Positions 53,687 to 64,000 of a stretch of 64,000 nucleotides of DNA are shown piece by piece. How positions within the stretch are numbered: the first letter of the stretch is position 1; every line of letters starts with the position of its first letter. This DNA comes from Geosiphon pyriformis uo1 (lineage: Eukaryota; Fungi; Glomeromycota). Where the stretch lies: positions 62,001 to 126,000 of the forward strand of contig JAAOMT010000295.1 in NCBI GenBank assembly GCA_016748015.1. Direction: 5' to 3'. Position numbers and translations under genes: made by a program. Below the pieces are notes generated by a model. It did not search any database. It was not told the origin of the DNA and saw only the letters and a list, made by a program, of their open reading frames with translations.

Positions 53687-56644
53687 TTTTTTTTTATTAG
53701 GCATTTTAACGAGCAAAGTCCAACTGCTATCTAGTACATAAAACCAAACTAAGTAGTTCAAACTAAACATGACTCATGCACTTACTATATGTGGCTAGCC
53801 ACTCAGGCCAAACAAGGCAACACTATACTCTTATATCAACACTCACATTGCCATCCAGATCAGAGAAAAAACAACATGGCCTATAACAACCAAAGCTAAT
53901 AGTAAAAGATTTGATGATACCAAGTAATCTAACCACCCCTTTAGACAACATTAAAGACACACTACAGAAAAGACCAGAAATCACACCTCTATCAACAACC
54001 AAGCTGGCCTTCTCCATCCGCACCCTGTGTTCAAATCTTACCAACCACATCTTCACATGATGTAATTCCACAACAAACCTAACAAAATTGACAATCTCAT
54101 TAACTGTTCACTTTTTATCATCAAAAACACTCCAAGTCTTCTCATATCATTTGCTCAGTACAAAACCTTTATAAACAACAAAATACAAGCTGACATCCAA
54201 AAAACAAACAAACAAAGCCCACAAAATAGTGGAAGATAACAAAACACAGACACCAGCCACAGAAATCCAATAGACAGAAGCCTTAGCCAGAACCTCATTG
54301 CGAACAGCTACATCCTGAACACATGTAAAGGCATGATCCTAAAACTTTATCTTGTCACACAGTAAGCACATCACACCAGAATACCTCTTATCATACAACC
54401 TCTTCTGAACTGCCACTGGAAGACGCCTGTGCACAGCCTTTATCAAATAAGTACACAAGTTCAAAGAACTCTGACTAGTGAACCCAGCAAGCATGTAAGA
54501 GTCGGGATGTCATACTTTTACAGTAGAAATCCAGTCCACACCTCCAACCAGCTCATCAAAAACCACACCATAACCAGGTCTAGCCTCCCAATAAGCATGA
54601 CTAACAGACTGGAAAATATTCCTAACAAAATGATGAGCATTATCAGAAACTGCAGTGTTCTCAGCCACCAAAAACCACTCATGAATCTCAGCCAGCAGTA
54701 TGAAAGGAGACCAAATAGCCTCTTCAGCTGCCAAATCAGTTTTAACATTGTTAGAGATACCAGAATGTTCCTTAATTTTAACCCAAACCACCTCAAGATC
54801 TTTATCCCAAATCAAATTAAAAATATGATGTCTCATCAATCAGCACTGGTTTTGAAAATCAGGCACAGCGAACAACAATTTTAACAAGCAAGAATCAATA
54901 GCAGTCTGGCTGTTAAGATACAAAACCAACTTATATGAAAACAGAACACATTCAAGAAACAAAGCAACAGCCTGCAATTTAGCAAGAGTAGATGACAAAA
55001 AACCATGAACTGCAATCCCAACACTCAAATCCAAAGCCAGAAAATACACAGCTACACCACAAGTGACATCAGCAAAGCCAGCCTCTTTCAAAGACCTATT
55101 AGTATATACCTCAAAGCAATCAGACCAGACATCATGCAAGCCATCTTTTACAGCAGAAAACACATCAGACTCCAAAATATTCAGACTACCAGATCAACCA
55201 GATCCAGTAGAGCTGGGCGAAAAAGAACCTTAGACTAACAAAAACTCAGATGCAATCAAGAACCAGCAAGGTACAGGGCCTCAAGGATCCAATCTTTTTT
55301 AATGATGAAAAGTTTTCTAATCAAGCACACTACCCTTTTTGCTCAACAGATGGTTGCCAAAAGCAACCCCAAATCTCCTTAGAAATTAGACAGAATTAAA
55401 ATACAAAGAATTCCTAAGAATTGACAACATCGGAAAACAACCAGGATTATGAAAGGCATTGGGAAGGTTATTCACCAAAGAAAGTTCATTATCCAAAAAA
55501 ATCTTTACAATCCCAGCCAAAAAATTGTTAACTGGACTAACACACAGCTTGACAGGAAACTGGAATAAGTTTAGAGGAGCCCAACCAAGAACTTGCAAGT
55601 CCAAAAACCTATAATTGAACAAACATCTAAGAACACCAGAAGTATTAGAAAAAAATCCAGAGCAGCAACCTTCCCCTCAGACTGCACTTGCTCAAAAGTC
55701 TTCAAGCCATACAAAAAAGGGTGATACAAAGCAGCATTAGAGAAATCACAAAGCAGACCAGCCTTGAACTTAAGACCTTTTCTAACTATAACATTCCAAT
55801 TGCGACAAATACCAAACAAAACATAACTAAACTGAGTCCGGTAGCTAATAATAGACTGCAAAATAGCAGAAACTAAGTATGAGTACTTTTTATCTATGAT
55901 AGCCTTCCTGAGCATGACATTAACAAAAAAACAAATATCAGAATGAGCCTTAGCAACACTTGGCTTAGACAATCTCTCCATAGACAAGAAGATCTCCAGA
56001 TAATGATGCACTTTACCCTTTTTGGCAATAGAAATTGGCTGACCACAAATATTTAGAGAGGCAACCTTGACACTCTGATTAATGAGAATAGTCACTGTTT
56101 TATTATTATTAATAGAGATATCATTGATCTTGAAAAATTCACTGGCAATGTTCAAAGCATACTGAGTAGAAGCCTGACAATTCCCAACCCAAATTGTGTT
56201 ATCAACAAAAATGCCAGTCACAAAATAAGATGTTATTTCACTAATACTTTCAACCCTGCCTATTTTTGCAACAAACTTTGAATCAATGCAGTACTCACAC
56301 AACTGTTCATGTCTTCTTACCTTACACAAGAGTGGATTATAGAAAATCTTTTACAAAAGAGATGAAAAAACTTCACCCTGATCTAAACCATCATGAACTT
56401 TGTAACCATCTGACAAACCAAAATCAGTTATCACTCTGTTAATCCTGTCTTCATGAATATTACCAAAAAACTTAATAAATTTTTCACACATTTTGATGCA
56501 CCATAAGCTAGCTCTTAAATGATGTTAACCAACAGAATTATATGCCTTTTGCATATCTTACAACACCAACCAAATTTCTCTGTTTTTCTCAAAAGCATTC
56601 TCTACTACCGACCCGACTGCAAACACCAAAGATTGCATGGACAT
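53687..56644 (-). mobile_element. LINE-D, 3' half (RT-RNase H-CCHC-3' UTR-polyA), interrupted by the LTR element
   Basis: FVDNTIW, EVYTNRSL...SSTLAKLQAV, WVKIKEHSG. Poly(T) at 53687-53695. RT breaks at the LTR's TG. Confidence 0.92.
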
Positions 56645-57636
56645 TGTTACCAGTAGAATTTTAGTTATTAATTAGCATAAAATTACTCTTATAATTCTTA
56701 TAATTAATTAGTATATTAATATCATTTCAAATTATCATTTATTATTTAATCAATTATCACATATCACAATTCAATTAAAATAATCTAATTAGTATAACAA
56801 AAAGTAGGATGATCAAATTACACAATACTCTGAACTTTGTAACATTCTAAAATTCGCCGAAATTTACAGAAATTCGCCGAAATTTATAGAAATTCGCCGA
56901 AATTATGAATAGTTCACCCAAATTAATCAATAGTTCAGCAAAATAACTTGTAGTTTATCAAAATGTATCTTTAGTTCACCAAAATTTGAGCAAAGAGAAA
57001 AAGTGCAAGTTTATAGACTAGTATTACAACAAGTTGTATAAAAGAAGAGCTTTTTTCTTTAAAGAAATGTATCTTACTTTAGAATTATTACTTAGAACCA
57101 TTCCTACATACACAAAAAGAAATAAATATCAAATAATTTGAAAAACCAAATTCTTTAATTATTTTACTTGGAAAATTTTCAAAACCCAACTAACATTTTA
57201 AAATTGATTAGCTACCAATTTCAGTAAACTGTTAGTGACTCCAGGCCTGGATAGAAAACGTTTCCCTTGATAAAATCCTATTTCTTTTATATTTCTTTTA
57301 TTTTTTTTTTTCTTTTCTTATTACAATCATTAAGGTAGCCTACAGACAAGATTCCTGTAGAAGAGTTGACTTTCACAGCAAAGTAACTACACATTTTTAG
57401 TGAGCTTCCAGACAAGCAATTTCTGGGAAAGAGTTGACATTTACTACAATGTAACTACATAAAGTAACTGGCAAGGAATTTGCCATTCCACTTATAAGTC
57501 CAGCAGTTCAAATTATAGGAGATACTTTGAAGATAAATTCAGTTATTGGAGGTTCAAATACTTCTAGAAAATGTGAATTTGCAACCAACAAACATTTACA
57601 ACATTCAAAAAAAGAGACCAAAAACCTCCAGTAACA
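56645..57636 (+). repeat. 5' LTR (992 bp, TGTTAC...GTAACA)
   Basis: Start matches 63628 onward; 6-bp terminal inverted repeat; followed by the PBS. Confidence 0.9.
56849..56990 (+). repeat. ~20-21-bp tandem array in the LTR (AAATTCGCCGAAATTTAYAG, 3 good and ~4 decayed units)
   Basis: Direct reading; decayed counterpart at ~63832-63975. Confidence 0.85.
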
Positions 57637-57638
57637 TT

Positions 57639-57650
57639 TGGTGCTCTCCC
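57639..57650 (+). promoter_or_regulatory. Primer-binding site TGGTGCTCTCCC
   Basis: TGG lies 2 nt after the LTR end and is complementary to a tRNA 3' end ...GGGAGAGCACCA. tRNA identity not determined. Confidence 0.8.
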
Positions 57651-57683
57651 ACAGAAATAACATAGCAAACAACAAACTTCAAA

Positions 57684-60600
57684 GTGGCGACCACACCAGA
57701 CACAACAAATCTAAAGCATTATCAGTCAATTTACACCCATTGCAAGCAAAGATTCAACATCCCAGACAGAATTGAAATTGTTGAAAGAACACTCTACCAA
57801 TATATTGAAAACTGTATCAACAATTATCTTTTTGGAAATTACAACATTGCAGAAGTGAAAAGCAATCTCTACAATAATCTAGTACACTATTCACGGTTGA
57901 AAACTGAAGACCTTAACAGTGAAACACTTGCCACCTACTTTTAAGAACTCAATTACAACATTATCAAGTATTGTGAAGAAAAATACCCAGTACAGTCTAA
58001 ATACTTTTTTGACTTTGAATTAGAAACAGAAACAGGCAACAAAGACAAACAAAAAGTAAAACAACACTCAAGAACCGCTCTAAACACTCCAATACTACCA
58101 AAAACAACTGCCAAACACTTGCAAACACCTGAACAAGAAACCAGTGTCAAATTACCACTTTCTATTACACCATTTCCAATTTCACTTGTTTGACCACAAA
58201 CACCAAATTCACTACTTAACCATTTCTCCAGACCAGAAGATTTTCAGTTACTTAAAAATCCTACTCAACAGCAGGAACCTATATCAACAAGTACCAATAT
58301 TATTGAATACTTGCAGGAAAATGAAAGTGATCATTCAGAAAATTTGGAAAGTGAAAAAACTGAATCAGAACAAGGAGAAGCCACAGAAAATGAAGAGGAA
58401 ATAGCAACTGCTTATATTGCAAAGATTCTAAAATTTACTGGTAAAAATAATGATACCAGTCCTCAAGAATGGCTCGACAAAGTTCAAAAAGCAGGAGATG
58501 CAAATAGTTGGATTGTAGCAAGAATGCTTAAAACAATTCCCTACTTTCTTTAAAGAACAGCAGAAGAATGGTTTGAAAATTTAAAAGAACCATTTGAGAA
58601 CTGACAAGCATTCAAAGATGCTTTCTTACAACAATTCACTGACAACAACACTTTTATCACTCTCTGCAATCACTTTCACAATATCAAACAAAAAACATCT
58701 GAAACTGTTATGACTTATCTTGGAAAATTCAACAAACTTTTTAGATGAATTCGACAATTGGAAACCAATGATTACTATTCTGATGCTTAAATTCTAGATC
58801 AGTTTATAGCAGGGTTAAAAAACAAACTAATTAAAAAAGTCTACCCATATGCTCCAGCAGACTTAGCAACTGCCATTAGACATGCAAAGAATTATAAAAT
58901 GGCTATGGAAGAAGCAAACTACACCAAACTTGTTAACTTGGCTATTGGAAAAACCAGCTCAGCAGCTGAAAAAAAGATAGACCAACTCACAAAGAAGGTT
59001 GAAAGCTATTTTACAAACCAGCAACAACAGCAACAACAACCACAAAAATATCAACCACCACAGCAATACAACCCAAACAACTTTAGACCACTATCCAACA
59101 ACCAATCTCAAAATTGTCACTATTGTGAAATTCCAGGACACTGAAAACGAGATTGCAGAAAACTACAAAGAGACCAAAAAAACAGGAGTAATCAATTTTA
59201 CTTTTCACTACAACAATCTTATTACCAACCCCTACTACCAACTTATTATTTACCAAGACCACAAATTTAAAACAGCTATTATCAACCAGCTTCACAACCA
59301 ATTCAACAACAATATTAGCAACCTTTACCAATTCAGCAATATTAGACACCACCCACTCAACAATATCAAGTACCAGCAAGAAGATTGGTTCAACATAACC
59401 AATTTACACTCCAAAATCAATTGCAGAGTAACAACAACAGAATTAATCCAAATAACCAGTTGGTTCCTCGAAATTCTGGTTAGCAAAGACCCAATCACTA
59501 TCACACTTAACCCAGTTATCTTACAATACCAGAGGAATCGGATTTTCAACAATCTGCACTTTCTGAAGGTAAAGTTACAGCACCCAGATCAAATCCTTCT
59601 AACAACACTATTCTACCAGCTCAAATTGCTCAAAATGCTAACCTTTCAGATATATTCCCATTCGAATTTGAAGCAAATGAATCACCATTCTTGCTTAGTA
59701 ATGCAACAGCTAATGAACAAAAAGCTATTACTGCTATGTATACTGAAGTTACAGTAGATGAAAAACCCATCTGACTAATTCTAGACAGTGGATCAGCTGG
59801 AAATATTATCACCTACCAGTTAATGCAACAGCTTTAAAGAACTGTTGACAAACCAGCCCAAACTGTAATTGTTATAGCAGATGGTATAAAAAAGACACCA
59901 GTAGGAGAAATTGACAATTTTCCATTCACTATTGATGGAATTACCATTTCAGTCAAAGTTTTAGTTATGAATGCATCTCAATACCAAGCTCTGGTCGGAA
60001 ATAATTGGCTTCTTAAGGCCAATGCAAACTTGGACTGAGAAACTCAGGAATTAAAAATCTCATACTAAGGACAATACACCATGGTACCTGCTACTTGTAG
60101 TACTTTTAACAAATAATCAGAAAAAGCCCCAGTATTTGAATTTGAAAAAGAAAAAGAAATGCCACTTACTAAAATCTACATGGCTCTTAGATTAATATCC
60201 AATTGGGCTAAAGAAACAGAACAGGAGATTTTTAAAGAATCAAGAAGATGGAAAAAAGTTAGATATTCTATATCAGAACTACAGAAACAACCACTCTATA
60301 TTCTACTCAAATACAAAGATTACAACAAGAAACTTTCATTAATGGGAGCATGTATTTCTCCAAAAGAGGAATATGAAACTTGTATCTGTTACTTTTGCAA
60401 AGCATGCCATAAAGAACGATTTGGATCTCCAAAAAGAAGTGGAAAATAAGACAACACACCTTGCTTTATATGTAGAGATATGTTACCAGAAGAATGCAAC
60501 TGGATTAATGTTGCAATGAGAGGAGGAGTATGTGATCAAACCTGTCAATATGCTCTATCAATTTTGGAAAATATCAGAAGAGGAACATCATTTGATGCAG

Positions 60601-63308
60601 CATATAACAGTGTTCTCAATAAACTTTACCACTACTCTCATAATGCTGAAATGATTTTTGACTTAGCAATGGCATTAATCAATTGAGTCACTTAAGAAGA
60701 TGTCCATCAAATAAAAAAAGCTGAATACATTGAGTATATCATGGAATTAGCTGGATTTGATTATAAAAATAATGCAGAAACATATCACCAAATTGCAAAC
60801 CACACATATCCGACCAAGGAAGCTCAAATTCAACAATTAGAGCAAATAAACATTCAATTGTGTGAAGAATACATCATGCCTTGCGATGACCAATGGTATT
60901 TAGAATGCTATGCTCTTAGCATTCCTCTGTCAAATGAGAATGATAAAAATGAAATTAAATTTGGAGTATCTGAACTAGTAAAAAAACTACCAACCACTCC
61001 TATCTATCTTCTTGAAAAGCAACCATCTCTACAACTTAAATACTTTAACAACCATGGCCAAGAAATCAGACCAGAAAAAGCACACGAAATTGATGCTGGA
61101 TATGACCTAAGATACCCAGGAAAAGATACTTTGGTTCTCTAACCAAAGTCTTTGACAAAAATCAATCTCAAAATTGCTCTTGAAATTCCACCTGGAGCAA
61201 TGGTTCAAATTGCCTCCAGATCATCATTGGCAAGCAAAAAAATCAATATTAGAAAAGGAGTTATAGATACAGGATATACTAGAGACATTACCATTATATT
61301 GCAGAATGAAACAGACAAACCATTCAAAATTGAACATGCTGAAAAAATTGCTCAAGCAATTTACTTATCCTTAATCAATATTTCGGGTTTACAATCAGTT
61401 AACAACAGAGAACAATTGGGAAAAAGTGAAAGAGGAACTCAAGGTTTTGGTTCAACTGGACAATTTACAGTTTCAGTAAACATAGCTCTTAAAATACAAA
61501 ATGAATCTCACCAGATTCTTCAACTTTCCCAACAAATTACCATTTCACTTTTTAAAGAACATTACGAAATTTACACTTGCTCAAAACCCACTACTACCCA
61601 ACAAATTTTTGAATCCAATGAACAAATCTGTTTGAAGCATGAAATCTTAATTCCAAACGTTTATATTCCCAAAGGAATAAAAAAATTTTGAGTTATATTC
61701 TACAACCCCAATAATTACCTTATTGTTTTATTAAACAAATTAAAGATTGGAATCATACACAGCAATATTTTTCAAGATAAAAATCCTTAAATTGTCTCTA
61801 ATTTTATTGAAATTGTAAGGCACACTTTACTCCCAAATCCAAATATCATTCCCACTATTGAAAACTACCATCTTTTGGAAAAAAAACTCTCTTGTATTAA
61901 CATGGGTTCCTTAGAACCTCAACAACAAAGACAATTGAAACAATTGATAGCTGAATTTGCAGATATATTTGCAAAAGACAACAATGACTTGAGAAAAACA
62001 GACATTGTTCAACATCAGATCCATACAGGAGATGTTCCACCAAAATGTTAAAAAGCTTATTGAGTGCCATTTGCCAACCACCAATTCATCAGAGAAGAGA
62101 TCCAAAAAATGCTCAATAATGGATTGATTCAACCATCAAGAAGTCCTTGGGCCTCACCAGTAGTTTTAGTTAAAAAGAAAAACGGAAAAATCAGATTCTG
62201 TGTTAATTATAGATAACTGAATAGTATTACAATTGGAGATGCCTATTCTCTTCCAAGAATTGATGACATGCTAGATGTTCTAAAAAAAGCCAAGTTTTTC
62301 TCAACTTTAGACTTGGAAAGTGGATACTGCCAAGTCGAAATGGACCCAAAAGACCGACCCAAAACAGCATTTACCACCCAGGGAGGAAACTATGAGTTCA
62401 ATGTTATGCTTTTTAAACTCTGCAATGCACCAACAACATTCTAGCAACTCATGGATGTTGTATATAAAGGATTTTTGTGGCAATCAGTAGTTGTCTATCT
62501 TGATAACACTGATGTATACTTACCAAGCTTTGAGACTCATCTTATCCACCTGTGAAAAGTTTTTCAATAATTACGGAAAGCAAAATTAAAGTTAAACATT
62601 GAAAAATGTCATTTTGAAAAAACAAGCTTAATCTTCTTCAGACACATTGTTAGCAAAAATGGAGTCAAACCAAATCCTGGAACAATCAGTGCTGTCAAAA
62701 ACTTTCAAACTCCCAGAAATACCACAGAACTACAAGGATTTGTAGGATTAGTCTTTTACTATTAAAAATTTATAAAAAGATTCTCAAAAATTGCCAAACT
62801 ACTCAATTATCTTACCAACAAAAATGTACTATACAAATGAACTGAAGAACAACAAAAAGCTTTTGAAACTCTCAAAACAAAATTGACAACAGCCCTAGTT
62901 CTTGCTTACTCAGACTTCAATAAATGATTCCAATTAGCCATTGATGCTTTACACATAGCATTTGGTGCCATTTAATCACAATTGGATGAAAATGGCCAGG
63001 AACAAGTTATCGCCTATGTTAGCAGAACACTCAAGCCAACAGAACTCAAATATGGCTCAACTGAATTGGAAGCCACTGCAGTCATCTGGGCTCTTAAACA
63101 CTTTCAACAATACCTGAAGAATAGAAAAAAATTTAACATAATATTTGACAATATTGGCCTCAAATGGCTTAATAAAAAGAAAACTGAACAAAGTGCCAAA
63201 CAGTCTCAATGGAATAACTTCCTAGCAGACTACAGATACATTGTACATCACAAACCAGGAAAACTACACACCAATGTTGATAGCCTCTCAAGAATGAGAC
63301 AATATTAA
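57684..63308 (+). pseudogene. Single-frame gag-pol polyprotein (~1875 codons) broken by premature stops
   Basis: All coding ORF pieces share one frame. CHYCEIPGH*KRDC (59115-59156), protease LDSGS (59781-59795), RT SPWASPVVLV and YLDN (62496-62507), RNase H VIAYVSR..TELEATAVIWAL..NVDSLSR. Confidence 0.92.
61030..61465 (+). pseudogene. Trimeric dUTPase domain within pol
   Basis: All five motifs: DAGYDL, SRSSLA, GVIDTGYTRDI, KIAQAI, RGTQGFGSTG. One in-frame stop at 61140-61142. Confidence 0.92.
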
Positions 63309-63627
63309 TACTAATATCAACACCAACAAAACACCAACAAACTTAACAGCAGAACAAACAACAAAATCAACAACAATAGATCCAGAAGACTGTAGACACA
63401 GGAGCAGAGATACTATCAAGATCTAAGAGTTCATGAAGAGAGAGATTAGGATCAGATCCAAAAGGAATACCACTAGAAGACTTAAAGAGTGAGACCATTT
63501 GGGCCCAAGATTTGTTACCAAAAGCAGTAGAGCAAGATATTGGAACACATTTTCTTTCATACAATTTAGCAAGCCGAAAACAAACTTTCTTTGAAGCACC
63601 CTTTCTGTATAATTCCTTAGATGATGG

Positions 63628-64000
63628 TGTTACCAGTAAAATTTTAGCTATTAATTAGCATGAAATTACTCTTATAATTCTTATAATTAATTAGTATATT
63701 AATATCATTTCAAATTATCATTTATTATTTAATCAATTATTATATATTACAATTCAATTAAAATAATCTAATTAGTATAACAGAAAGTAAGATAATCAAA
63801 TTACACAATATCCTGAACTTTGTAATATTTTAAAATTTGTTGAAATTTACAGAAATTTGCTGAAATTTATAGAAATTCGCTGAAATTATGAATAGTTCAC
63901 CCAAATTAATCAATAGTTTAGCAAAATAACTTGTAGTTCATTAAAATGTATTTTTAGTTTGCTGAAAGTAGAGCAAAGAGAAAAAGTGCAAGTTCATAGA
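63628..64000 (+). repeat. 3' LTR (partial, truncated by the window)
   Basis: Ungapped match to 56645-57017 with ~30 substitutions; preceded by a weak purine tract AGATGATGG. Confidence 0.93.

Larger units (their letters stand above)
56645..64000 (+). mobile_element. Ty3/Gypsy LTR retrotransposon with dUTPase and no integrase; runs off the window end
   Basis: Two direct LTRs, a PBS, and domain order Gag-PR-dUTPase-RT-RH. Confidence 0.95.

Noticed and set aside
56849-56990. CRISPR-like appearance of the short palindromic repeats
   Set aside because: No unique spacers, lies inside an LTR, eukaryotic context, no cas genes
58999-59757. 252-aa N/H-rich ORF overlapping gag
   Set aside because: Alternative-frame read of the CAA-rich Gln/Pro linker
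61030-61465. dUTPase as a host or viral (HGT) gene
   Set aside because: In frame within the retroelement polyprotein, between the LTRs

Overview
Very AT-rich eukaryotic DNA with spliceosomal introns. It is most likely a Glomeromycotina/Mucoromycota fungus, inferred from multiple MATA-type HMG genes, TKL-type kinase relics and the TE families; the TE proteins recall Geosiphon/Ambispora-type repeats, from memory only. Many entries in the ORF track are antisense or TTG/GTG-start artefacts. The window has two compartments. (1) A gene island at ~4-20 kb that retains CpG. It holds three HMG-box genes, of which the outer two form an inverted repeat with a 495-bp perfectly identical core and diverged flanks around a third, different HMG gene. 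It also holds two convergent kinase pseudogenes, a secreted Gly/Tyr-rich protein with a Kex2-like site, and a 3-exon 67-aa Cys/His microprotein missed by the ORF track. (2) A nested transposon graveyard at ~22-64 kb. It holds four recognisable RNase H-bearing LINEs (one inserted into another's 3' UTR with an 8-bp TSD), near-erased ghost LINE and Gypsy copies, and a Ty3/Gypsy LTR element with Gag-PR-Cys-rich-dUTPase-RT-RH and no integrase. The TEs were inactivated almost entirely by C>T/G>A transitions (RIP-like or methylation-driven). Best candidates for a new system are an invertible or gene-converting HMG (MAT-like) cassette, and a TE-targeted hypermutation process that spares that cassette. 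All alignments and counts were done by eye.
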